Positions 22,542 through 31,164 of a DNA stretch of 56,117 nt are shown here, in pieces. The notes below the pieces were generated by a model. The model was not told where the DNA came from, made no database searches, and saw only the letters and a list, made by a program, of their open reading frames with translations. Position numbers and translations under genes: made by a program. This DNA comes from Actinomycetota bacterium (lineage in GTDB: Bacteria > Actinomycetota > Actinomycetes > Nanopelagicales > Nanopelagicaceae): NCBI GenBank assembly GCA_029978465.1, contig JAPOJK010000001.1, positions 1 to 56,117 of the forward strand, read 5' to 3'. Numbering within the stretch: the stretch's first letter is position 1; every line of letters begins with the position of its first letter.

Positions 22542-25127
22542 TTAATGCGCCGCTTCATGCCAGGTAAGGCCAAGACCAGCATTAACATCTAATGGCGCCT
22601 TTAATGGATAAGCAGAGCCCATTTCACGCCTTACAACTTCGTTAATTTTCTCCTCTTCACCGGCAACTACTTCGAGAATTAACTCATCGTGAATCTGCAG
22701 AAGTAAGCGAGATTTCAACTTCTCCTTTTCAATTCCGCTTTGAACATTAAGCATCGCAACCTTGATGATGTCTGCTGCAGATCCCTGGATTGGTGCGTTC
22801 AGCGCCATACGCTCTGCGACCTCTCGACGTTGACGATTGTCATGCATTAAATCTGGCAGGTAGCGTCTGCGGCCCATAATTGTTTCGGTGTAACCCACTT
22901 TGCGCGCATCCTCAACAACGGTTTTTAGATAGTCGCGAATTCCGCCAAAACGTTCAAAGTAAGTATCCATCAACTGTTGCGCCGCAGGTGGTGAAATATC
23001 TAATTGCGCCGCTAATCCATAGGATGACAAGCCGTAGGCAAGACCATATGACATCGCCTTCATTTGGCGACGCATCTCGGGGTCAACCTCAGAAGGTTTA
23101 ACTCCAAACACTAAACCAGCAACGGTTGCGTGCAGATCCTCGCCAGATGCAAAGGCTGCTAACAACTTCTCATCATTGGACAAGTGAGCCATAATGCGCA
23201 TTTCGATTTGGCTGTAATCAGCGGTAAGTAAAGCCACATAACCTTTTCCAACGGTAAAGCAGTTGCGAATCTTGCGACCCTCTTCGGTGCGTACTGGAAT
23301 ATTTTGCAGATTCGGACCGGTAGATGAAAGCCGACCCGTTGCAGCAACTGTTTGCTGGAAATGGGTATGAATGCGACCATCCTTAGCGATCTCTGCAATC
23401 AATCCTTCAACAGTTGTACCTAGCTTTTTAGTTTCACGAATTCGAAGTAAGGAGGTAAGCACTGGGTGCCCACTCTTTTGATGCAACCAATCCAGACTTT
23501 CAGCATCTGTTGTGTACCCGGTTTTAATCTTCTTTGTCTTAGGAAGCTTGAGCTCATCAAAGAGAACTACCTGCAACTGTTTTGGTGAAGCCACATTAAA
23601 CTCATGCCCAACGGCATCATGGGCAGCCTTTGTTTCTCGTGTCACTTCACCCTCAAAAAATGCAGCTAAATTCTCCAGCTCCTTTTTATTCACCGCGATA
23701 CCGATGGACTCCATACGAGCAAGAAGTGCTGCCACGGGTAGCTCCATGGTTGTAAATAACTCCCACAGATTTCTCTCTTTTAACTCGCGAGTTAGTGGCT
23801 GTTTCAACCCCAACATCGCTCGCGCTGATGAGAGAAGCTCTTGCTCTGGAGAACTGTGATTAATTGCTGAACCATCTCCCCAGCGCTCCTGAATATCTTT
23901 GAGCTCCTGTGTGCGAACTCCGGGATTTAGCAAGTAAGCAGCAAGTGAGGTATCGAAGGTGATTCCAGTTAATCCATTGATTCGTGCAAGGGTTTTGCCA
24001 TCATGGGCGATCTTTGGCACCGCCGCATTTGTGGCCCAATCCCCCATGTGTGCAGAGTGAACAAGAAAGACATCCTCGGGAGTTAGGGCGATCGCATAGC
24101 GATGAAGTTTTTCATCAACTATTTGATATGCGATTGCGATATCACCTGAGTGCTTTTCAATCTTTGCTGAGGCTTCTTCAGGCGTTAGAACCCCCTCAGC
24201 AATTTCTGTTGCAAATAATTCGAGCGCTGGCTCAGAACTTTTCGAGGATGATTTGAGCAGAATTGGTTTCATGCGATCTTTAAGGGTTTTGAACTCTAAT
24301 TTTTCAAAGAGCGGATTGGTGTTGTTCTCATCAACACCGCTCCAGGCAAGAGCTTCGATACTGAGTTCAAGAGGAACATTGGCAACTAACTGAGTCAACT
24401 CACGGTTTCGAATCACATCATTAATTGAATCCCTTAATGATTGACCGACTTTTCCACCAAGCTTGTCGATGTTTGCGATTAATTCATGGAGGGATCCATA
24501 CTCAACAACCCATTTAGCCGCTGTCTTTTCTCCAACACCAGGAACAGATGGCAGGTTGTCGCTGGGATCTCCACGTAACGCTGCAAAATCTGGATACTGC
24601 TCAGGAGACATTCCATACTTTTCCTGAACCGCAGCTGGAGTCATTCGTGCAAGATCACTGACACCACGCTTTGGATAGAGCACCGTTGTCTTGTCATTAA
24701 CTAACTGGAATGAATCACGATCGCCGGTACAGATAAGAACCTCTGCACCTTCTCGCTCTGCCTGCTTTGCGATCGTTGCAATGATGTCATCAGCCTCAAA
24801 ACCTTCAACCTCAAAGGTTGAGATTCCAAACGCGGTAACTAGCTCATGTAAAAAGGACATCTGAGAACGAAACTCATCGGGGGTTTTTGCGCGATTAGCT
24901 TTGTACTCCGGGAAGATCTCAGATCTAAAGGTCTTTCGTGAAACATCAAATGCAACAGCAACGTGGGTAGGTTTTTCGCTGCTGAGCAAGGACAACAACA
25001 TGGTCGCAAAGCCATAAATGGCGTTGGTGTGTTGGCCCTGTGCGGTTGTGAAGTTGTCAGCGGGTAGCGCGAAAAAGGCTCGATACGCCATTGAGTGCCC
25101 ATCGATAAGTAATAGGCGTTTGGTCAT
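22542..25127 (-). CDS. polA: DNA polymerase I
   Basis: LIDGHSMAYRAF 5' nuclease, TGRLSSTGPNLQNIP, DYSQIEMR, YGLAYG, QIHDEL. Confidence 0.99.
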   Translation of the reverse strand: MTKRLLLIDGHSMAYRAFFALPADNFTTAQGQHTNAIYGFATMLLSLLSSEKPTHVAVAFDVSRKTFRSEIFPEYKANRAKTPDEFRSQMSFLHELVTAFGISTFEVEGFEADDIIATIAKQAEREGAEVLICTGDRDSFQLVNDKTTVLYPKRGVSDLARMTPAAVQEKYGMSPEQYPDFAALRGDPSDNLPSVPGVGEKTAAKWVVEYGSLHELIANIDKLGGKVGQSLRDSINDVIRNRELTQLVANVPLELSIEALAWSGVDENNTNPLFEKLEFKTLKDRMKPILLKSSSKSSEPALELFATEIAEGVLTPEEASAKIEKHSGDIAIAYQIVDEKLHRYAIALTPEDVFLVHSAHMGDWATNAAVPKIAHDGKTLARINGLTGITFDTSLAAYLLNPGVRTQELKDIQERWGDGSAINHSSPEQELLSSARAMLGLKQPLTRELKERNLWELFTTMELPVAALLARMESIGIAVNKKELENLAAFFEGEVTRETKAAHDAVGHEFNVASPKQLQVVLFDELKLPKTKKIKTGYTTDAESLDWLHQKSGHPVLTSLLRIRETKKLGTTVEGLIAEIAKDGRIHTHFQQTVAATGRLSSTGPNLQNIPVRTEEGRKIRNCFTVGKGYVALLTADYSQIEMRIMAHLSNDEKLLAAFASGEDLHATVAGLVFGVKPSEVDPEMRRQMKAMSYGLAYGLSSYGLAAQLDISPPAAQQLMDTYFERFGGIRDYLKTVVEDARKVGYTETIMGRRRYLPDLMHDNRQRREVAERMALNAPIQGSAADIIKVAMLNVQSGIEKEKLKSRLLLQIHDELILEVVAGEEEKINEVVRREMGSAYPLKAPLDVNAGLGLTWHEAAH

Positions 25128-25161
25128 GGAAGCATCGTAGAGTGCCAGTTAGACTCTCCGC
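25128..25161. promoter_or_regulatory. divergent pair of putative leaderless promoters (polA / thioesterase)
   Basis: minus TACGAT (25134-25139)-N6-ATG; plus TAGACT (25150-25155)-N6-ATG. Confidence 0.7.
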
Positions 25162-25575
25162 ATGACTGAACCGGATTATCTCTCAATTATTAAAGAGCGT
25201 GGAAGCGGAGCCCTCGATAAAAAGATGGGTATCCAAATCACAGAGGCTTCACTGACAAGACTTGTTGGAACGATGCCGGTAGAGGGAAATACTCAACCGA
25301 TGGGAATCCTCCATGGCGGAGCAAATGTTGTTCTAGCTGAAAGCCTTGGCTCTATTGGAACTCAACTCAACGCCGGGGCAGGTCGAAAGATTGTTGGTAT
25401 TGATATCAACGCAACCCATCACAAGGCAACGGCAACAGGTGTTGTTACTGGTGTAGCTACCGCGGTTTCGATCGGCAAAACTTTGTGTTGCTGGGATATT
25501 GTCATTACAAATGAAAACGGACAGCGCACCTGCACTGCCCGTATCACCTGCATGATTTTAAGTGAACGCGGTTAG
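25162..25575 (+). CDS. PaaI/MenI-like hotdog-fold thioesterase
   Basis: NTQPMGILHGGANVVLAESLGS, GIDINATH. Confidence 0.92.
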   Translation: MTEPDYLSIIKERGSGALDKKMGIQITEASLTRLVGTMPVEGNTQPMGILHGGANVVLAESLGSIGTQLNAGAGRKIVGIDINATHHKATATGVVTGVATAVSIGKTLCCWDIVITNENGQRTCTARITCMILSERG

Positions 25576-26291
25576 TGGGCACCTGTTCCCAGGTATGCCG
25601 CACGAACAGCTGGATCATTAAGTAGATCTGAAGCCTTAGCTTCCTTCACAACATTTCCAACCTCAAGAACATATGCACGGTGTGCGCGTTGTAACGCTTG
25701 CTGTGCATTTTGCTCGACGAGAAGAATTGTTACACCGGTCTTGTTGATCTCGGTGATGATGTTAAAGATATTCTGAATCATTAACGGTGCAAGACCCATA
25801 GAAGGCTCATCAAGAAGCAAAACCTTTGGACGTGACATCAATGCACGGCCGATAGCAAGCATCTGCTGCTCTCCACCTGACAAAGTTCCACCAGCTTGAA
25901 AAGCGCGCTCCTTAAGGCGGGGAAAAAGGTGATAAACCTTCTCTAGATCCTCAGCCATCTCCTTCTTGCGATCTTTACGGTTGTACTTACCCATTTCGAG
26001 GTTTTCCAATACCGTCATACCAACAAAGATTCCGCGACCTTCAGGGGCTTGTGACAAACCAAGATCTGCGCGCTTGAAAGCTGGCATCTTGGAAATATCT
26101 TCACCATTGAAAAGAATCTGACCGCTAGTTACCGGACGAAGACCAGAGATAGTTTTGAGCATCGTTGTCTTACCGGCACCATTGGCACCAATAAGTGTGA
26201 CGATCTCCCCCTCATTAACAACGACAGAGACGCCCTTGATCGCTTCAATCTTTCCGTAGTGGACACGTAGGTCCTTAATTTCAAGACGCAT
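25572..26291 (-). CDS. livF: branched-chain amino acid ABC transporter ATPase
   Basis: GANGAGKT, PEGRGIF, LSGGEQQM, LDEPSMGLAP, EQN. Confidence 0.95.
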   Translation of the reverse strand: MRLEIKDLRVHYGKIEAIKGVSVVVNEGEIVTLIGANGAGKTTMLKTISGLRPVTSGQILFNGEDISKMPAFKRADLGLSQAPEGRGIFVGMTVLENLEMGKYNRKDRKKEMAEDLEKVYHLFPRLKERAFQAGGTLSGGEQQMLAIGRALMSRPKVLLLDEPSMGLAPLMIQNIFNIITEINKTGVTILLVEQNAQQALQRAHRAYVLEVGNVVKEAKASDLLNDPAVRAAYLGTGAH

Positions 26292-27057
26292 CTGCTGGGG
26301 CTCCTAAATACGCTTCGATAACGCGTGGATCATTTTGAACTTCAGTAGTTGTTCCATCAGCAATCTTGGTACCGAAATCTAGAACCGCAACGCGATCTGA
26401 GACTCCCATAATGAGGGACATATCATGTTCGATGAGCAAAACTGTGTAACCGGCATCGCGAATCTTTTTGATTGTTTCAGCAAGGGCAACCTTTTCGGCA
26501 GGGTTAAATCCTGCAGCTGGTTCGTCAAGAAGCAACAACTTTGGATTGGTTGCAAGTGCGCGTGCGATCTCGAGACGGCGCTGATCTCCGTAAGGGAGGT
26601 TCTTACCTAATTGACCTGCACGCTTCTTGATTCCCATAAAATCAAGAAGTTCAAGAGCGCGTGCAAGGTTTGCTTTTTCTTCACGACGTGAACGAGGAGT
26701 TCCAAAGATAGCTCCAACAACACCACTCTTTGAGTGAACATCGGCACCTGTTACTACATTCTCAAGTGCGGTCGATTCACCGAATAGTCGAATATTTTGA
26801 AATGTACGAGCGATTCCCAACTTTGTGATCTTGAATCGCTTGATTCCAACGATTGATTCACCTTGGAAAACTACATCACCAGAAGTTGGCTTGTACACAC
26901 CTGTGATCACATTGAAAACAGTTGTCTTACCAGCACCATTAGGTCCGATGAGCGCAAGAATTTCGCCCTTCTTAACAACTAGGTTGACCTCATTGAGCGC
27001 AGTAACGCCACCAAACTTCATGGTGATGTTCTTTAGCTCTAGAACATTTTCGCTCAT
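26281..27057 (-). CDS. livG: branched-chain amino acid ABC transporter ATPase
   Basis: GPNGAGKT, ARTFQNIRLF, LPYGDQRR, DEPAAG, VIEAYLG. Confidence 0.95.
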   Translation of the reverse strand: MSENVLELKNITMKFGGVTALNEVNLVVKKGEILALIGPNGAGKTTVFNVITGVYKPTSGDVVFQGESIVGIKRFKITKLGIARTFQNIRLFGESTALENVVTGADVHSKSGVVGAIFGTPRSRREEKANLARALELLDFMGIKKRAGQLGKNLPYGDQRRLEIARALATNPKLLLLDEPAAGFNPAEKVALAETIKKIRDAGYTVLLIEHDMSLIMGVSDRVAVLDFGTKIADGTTTEVQNDPRVIEAYLGAPADAS

Positions 27058-28121
27058 TATTTGATCTCCCCTTCGCCTGATTCTTCAACTGTGTGCCAGT
27101 CTGGGTCAAAGTGCTCACGCTTCTTCTTAGGCAAGATTCCATCTGGGCGCAGGTTCATCATTACGACAAGTGCGATACCAAATACCAAGATACGAGGCTG
27201 GCTTAAGAAACGGATACGTTCTGGAGTGAAAGCAAGTAGAACCGCTCCCAGAATTACTCCCCACACATTTCCGATTCCACCAAAAACAACACAAGCAAGA
27301 ATCAAGATGGAGATATTGAGATTGAACTGATCTGGAACGATAGAAAGAATCTGTGAGGCGTAAACAACGCCACCGACTCCAGCAACTGCAGCTCCCAAAA
27401 CAAATGCCCACACCTTGTACTTGCGGGTGTTGATTCCCATCAACTGAGCGACATCATCATCTTGACGAATCGCATCCCAAGCTCGGCCCGGACGACGCGC
27501 AGCCATACGGCGAACCATCCAAATAATTAGCAAGGTGAAGGTAAGCAATAACCAGTAGTAAGGCTTTGGATCAAGAATTGTAAACTTCGCGTTGAAAAAA
27601 TCTGGAGGCGTTGGAATACCAGCGATACCGCGAGAACCACCAATTGAATCGGTGTTGACCGCGAAAATACGTACGATCTCACCAAAGCCCAAGGTCACAA
27701 TCGCTAAGTAGTCACCGCGAAGACGAAGTGTTGGTGTTCCAAGAAGTACTCCAGAAAGCATCGCAAGTCCTACACCAATAGGCAAAATCTCCCAGAAGTT
27801 CAGCGCGGTCTTTGTTCCAAGAATTGCCATTGTGTAGGCACCGATTGCAAAGAAGGCAACGTAACCAAGGTCTAGCAGACCTGATTTACCAACAACGATA
27901 TTCAAACCAATCGCCATCAGCACATACATGCCTACTGGATAAAAGAGAACTGATTGGAAATCTGAACCAGGGGTATTGATCAATGGGTTGTTAAGAAATG
28001 GCAGCGCGTAGCAAATCGCGATAAAGAAGATTGAGAGTGCAACGCGGCGCCACTTTGGTGAACGCTCCCAGTACTCAGCGCCTTTATCGCGCAAATTAAG
28101 TGAAGACTTTAGATTTGCCAT
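27057..28121 (-). CDS. livM: branched-chain amino acid ABC permease
   Basis: GLLDLGYVAFFAIGAY, LRLRGDYLAIVTLGFGEI. Confidence 0.95.
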   Translation of the reverse strand: MANLKSSLNLRDKGAEYWERSPKWRRVALSIFFIAICYALPFLNNPLINTPGSDFQSVLFYPVGMYVLMAIGLNIVVGKSGLLDLGYVAFFAIGAYTMAILGTKTALNFWEILPIGVGLAMLSGVLLGTPTLRLRGDYLAIVTLGFGEIVRIFAVNTDSIGGSRGIAGIPTPPDFFNAKFTILDPKPYYWLLLTFTLLIIWMVRRMAARRPGRAWDAIRQDDDVAQLMGINTRKYKVWAFVLGAAVAGVGGVVYASQILSIVPDQFNLNISILILACVVFGGIGNVWGVILGAVLLAFTPERIRFLSQPRILVFGIALVVMMNLRPDGILPKKKREHFDPDWHTVEESGEGEIK

Positions 28122-29074
28122 TAGACCCTCGCCTGCTGGATTGATTCTCCAAATAAGCCGGTCGGCTTAATAAGAAGAACCAGTACCAAGATAATGAATG
28201 AGATAACCGCTTTCCATGCGGTACCAAAGACAGCTGACGTCCAGGTTTCCATCAAACCAAGGGCAAAGCCACCAAAGAGTGCACCCTTGAGATTTCCGAT
28301 ACCACCGAGAACCGCCGCGGTAAATGCGCTAATTCCGAGGAAGAAGCCCACCTTAAATGAGGTGTTCTCGTAGACCAGGATGTAGAAGAAAGCAGCTGCG
28401 CCTGCCATAATACCGCCTGCAAAAAATGTAACTGTAATAACACGGTTGATGTTCACACCCATCAAAGTTGAGGTGTTTTCATCCATTGATACTGCTCGGA
28501 TACCCTTACCTAAACGGGTTTTAGTAATAAAGCGCTCGAGAGCGAACATCATTAAACCTGCAGCGATAATTACAATGACCTTGTCATTGCGAATGTCTGC
28601 ACCTGCGTAACTGAACAAAAATGTCTTTTCCATAATGCGGGGAAACTCGCGTGGAAGTGAGTCTGTAATAATTCTAAATAGCTCAACTAGAGAGATTGAT
28701 ACTCCGATCGCTGAAATCAAAGTTGCAAGCTTAGTTGCACCTCTCTGACGTAGTCGACGGTAAGCGACAATCTCTACAAGAACAGCGGTAATGGCAGAAG
28801 CCAACATCGCAACTAGCAAACACACCAAGAGGGTTAAGATCATTGAACCACCGGTACGAGGATCATCCTCTACCTTTACGCCCATAATTCCTGAAGCGGC
28901 TACAAGAGCGGCAAATGTTCCGATCATGAACACTTCGGAGTGAGCAAAGTTAATAAGACGTAATACGCCATACACCAATGTGTATCCAAGTGAGATGAGC
29001 GCGTAAATCGCTCCGAGTGCAATGCCATCAAAGGTTAAACCCCAGAATGCATCCCGTAATAATGCAAAATCCAT
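28121..29074 (-). CDS. livH: branched-chain amino acid ABC permease
   Basis: YALISLGYTLVYGVLRLINFAHSE, AAVLGGIG, PTGLFG. Confidence 0.95.
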   Translation of the reverse strand: MDFALLRDAFWGLTFDGIALGAIYALISLGYTLVYGVLRLINFAHSEVFMIGTFAALVAASGIMGVKVEDDPRTGGSMILTLLVCLLVAMLASAITAVLVEIVAYRRLRQRGATKLATLISAIGVSISLVELFRIITDSLPREFPRIMEKTFLFSYAGADIRNDKVIVIIAAGLMMFALERFITKTRLGKGIRAVSMDENTSTLMGVNINRVITVTFFAGGIMAGAAAFFYILVYENTSFKVGFFLGISAFTAAVLGGIGNLKGALFGGFALGLMETWTSAVFGTAWKAVISFIILVLVLLIKPTGLFGESIQQARV

Positions 29075-29095
29075 TTCTCACCTTTACTTTATAAG

Positions 29096-29131
29096 GGTCA
29101 GAGTGGGCGGGAAACCCCACCCACTCTGACC
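29096..29131 (-). other. strong intergenic stem-loop after the liv binding-protein gene (probable mRNA stabiliser or partial terminator)
   Basis: GGTCAGAGTGGG-TGGG-GTTT-CCCG-CCCACTCTGACC; 16-bp stem; no U tract. Confidence 0.8.
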
Positions 29132-29165
29132 GTACTTATTTAAAGCGATACCAATTGCTTGGTAA

Positions 29166-30296
29166 TTACGCCTTGATAGCTCCTAGAAGAACGATCTTTC
29201 CGTTCTTGATTACGAAGCCGTTTACATCTGCACCAGAAACTTCACCCTGAGCATCAAACTTTAGAACCTTTGAAAGGCCCTTTGATGACTTAGTTGATAC
29301 GTACTTGTTGATTGAAGCACGATCTGTGTTTCCAGCCTTGATTGCCTCAAGGAAGAAGTTAGCTGCGTCGTATGACTCTGTTGTGTAAACACCAGGTGTC
29401 CAACCAGCCTTCACCATCTCTGCAGCAAGCTTTGGAGAAGCTGTCTCCATTGGGATCGCTGGAGCTGAAAGTAGAACACCTTCTGCTGCCTTACGAGCCA
29501 ACTTGATGAACTGGTTGTCAAGAGTACCGTCGCCTGAAGCGAAGACAATCTTTGAACCTGAGTCACGAAGCTGCTTTACGAATACCGCTGCTTGTGAGAA
29601 GTAACCTGAGTAGATCACTGCAGTAGCGCCTGACTTCTTGATCTTTGCAATTGTTGCAGTGAAGTCTGTTGTACCTGTTGGTGTTACATCCTTACCAACA
29701 ACGCGACCAGCAAGAGTGATATCTACAGTCTTCTGTAGACCTACTGCGTAGTCAGATGCATCGTTAACCAAGAACACCTTAGCGTTCTTTACACGTGATG
29801 TTACAAGGCGAGCAAGTGCTGGACCCTGGTAATCATCTGTCAACACCGCACGGTGGAAGATTGACTTTCCGAAATCTGGAAGTGTTGGGTTTGTTGCTGA
29901 TGGTGTGATGATTGGTAGACCAGCTGATAGGTACACAGGTAGTGAAACCTTTGATGCGCCTGAGTAAGCAGGACCGACTAGTGCAACTACGCACTCTTCT
30001 GCTGCAACCTTAGGAGCGATTGGACCTGCAACTGCTGGATCTCCCTGGTCATCTACTTCGTAAACAACTGGGTCAACATTTGCTGACTTGTTTGCTGCTA
30101 GGAAACGCTTTAGTGCAAACTTCACACCGTTAAGCTCGTTGATACCTAGTGCAGCTTCAGGACCTGTTAGTGGACCCTGGTATGCAATCTTTAGCTTGCT
30201 TGAGCAAGCAGCTGATGCTGACGGAGCGAATGCAACGAATGATGATGTTGCGATAGCTACGGCAGCTACAACCGCGAGAACGCGATTCTTCTTCAT
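29166..30296 (-). CDS. livK: branched-chain amino acid ABC substrate-binding protein (LivK/LivJ family); start moved to MKKNRV
   Basis: signal peptide, IAYQGPLTG, DDQGDP, ITPSATNP; AGGAAAGG RBS; heads livHMGF. Confidence 0.92.
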   Translation of the reverse strand: MKKNRVLAVVAAVAIATSSFVAFAPSASAACSSKLKIAYQGPLTGPEAALGINELNGVKFALKRFLAANKSANVDPVVYEVDDQGDPAVAGPIAPKVAAEECVVALVGPAYSGASKVSLPVYLSAGLPIITPSATNPTLPDFGKSIFHRAVLTDDYQGPALARLVTSRVKNAKVFLVNDASDYAVGLQKTVDITLAGRVVGKDVTPTGTTDFTATIAKIKKSGATAVIYSGYFSQAAVFVKQLRDSGSKIVFASGDGTLDNQFIKLARKAAEGVLLSAPAIPMETASPKLAAEMVKAGWTPGVYTTESYDAANFFLEAIKAGNTDRASINKYVSTKSSKGLSKVLKFDAQGEVSGADVNGFVIKNGKIVLLGAIKA

Positions 30297-30342
30297 ATGT
30301 AGTGCCTTTCCTGTTCTTGTGTCCCGGGACAGGGAGGCTGAA

Positions 30343-30372
30343 AGGGTAATGGCTGGGGTGAGCGTAAGACAA
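30343..30372 (-). promoter_or_regulatory. putative liv operon promoter
   Basis: TTGTCT-N18-TACCCT. Confidence 0.5.
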
Positions 30373-30392
30373 GGCGGGGCCACGCTTGAATT

Positions 30393-30408
30393 GTTTCAGT
30401 TTCGTTAT
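30393..30408 (-). promoter_or_regulatory. GlnR-like box upstream of the liv promoter
   Basis: ATAAC-gaaact-GAAAC matches the actinobacterial gTnAc-n6-GaAAc consensus, 20 bp upstream of the putative -35. Confidence 0.55.
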
Positions 30409-30438
30409 AAATGAGATATCGGTATCAATAAATGAGAT
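30407..30438. repeat. 11-bp direct repeat ATAAATGAGAT, two copies, 21-bp period
   Basis: exact copies at 30407-30417 and 30428-30438. Confidence 0.8.
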
Positions 30439-30449
30439 GTATCAGGGAA

Positions 30450-31025
30450 CTACTTGTCGGGAACAGCGTTGGGGTTAATAACCGCCTCTGCGACCTCTTT
30501 CATTGTCAATCGGCGATCCATGGCCGCCCGCTGAATCCAGGAAAAAGCTTCAGGCTCTGACAGGTTTAAGGCCTTCATCAGTAAGCCTTTAGCACGGTCA
30601 ATCAACTTTCGTGTTTCTAGGCGATCATGCAGGTCTGCGACTTCTGCGGCCAGTGATTTCATTTGAGTATGGCGGCTGATGGCAATCTCAATCGCCGGCA
30701 TTAAATCGCCAATAGTAAATGGCTTAACAACATAGGCCATAACACCTGCATCACGTGCGCGATCTACCAACTCTTTTTGAGAGTAGGCGGTCAACATCAA
30801 TACAGGTGCGATTTCAATAATTTTTTCAGCAGCTGAAATTCCATCAAGGACCGGCATCTTCACATCAAGAATTGCAAGATCTGGCTTGTGCAGAGTTGCT
30901 AGTTCCATTGCTTCTTGACCATTGGTTGCTTGTGCAACAACTTCATAACCGGCACCTTGCAACATCTCTACAAGATCCATGCGGATTAGAGTTTCATCTT
31001 CTGCGACGAGAATTCGAACTGTCAT
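30450..31025 (-). CDS. pdtaR: REC-ANTAR response regulator (PdtaR-like)
   Basis: VAEDE, LDVKMP receiver with VKPF; ANTAR RKLIDRAKGLLM...AFSWIQRAAMDRR; next to tRNA-Leu and pyk as in other actinobacteria. Confidence 0.9.
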   Translation of the reverse strand: MTVRILVAEDETLIRMDLVEMLQGAGYEVVAQATNGQEAMELATLHKPDLAILDVKMPVLDGISAAEKIIEIAPVLMLTAYSQKELVDRARDAGVMAYVVKPFTIGDLMPAIEIAISRHTQMKSLAAEVADLHDRLETRKLIDRAKGLLMKALNLSEPEAFSWIQRAAMDRRLTMKEVAEAVINPNAVPDK

Positions 31026-31075
31026 TGTCGAACCTTCCCTCCCAGAATTTCATCCCCCAAAAAACTTGAGATGAG

Positions 31076-31148
31076 TGCCCCGAGTCGGATTCGAACCGAC
31101 ACTATGCAGTGTTTGAGACTGCCCTCTCTACCGTTGGAGTACCGAGGC
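31076..31148 (-). tRNA. tRNA-Leu(CAA), short variable loop, CCA not encoded
   Basis: acceptor GCCTCGG/TCGGGGC plus discriminator A; anticodon arm GCAGT-CTCAAAC-ACTGC; T arm GTCGG-TTCGAAT-CCGAC. Confidence 0.95.
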
Positions 31149-31164
31149 TTGCTGTGGGGCAATC

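Noticed and set aside
30407-30438. Direct repeat as a mini-CRISPR
   Set aside because: Only two 11-bp units with a 10-bp spacer and no cas genes.
31026-31080. tRNA 3' end as an integration site
   Set aside because: No integrase, no duplicated tRNA 3' fragment, and flanking genes are core.
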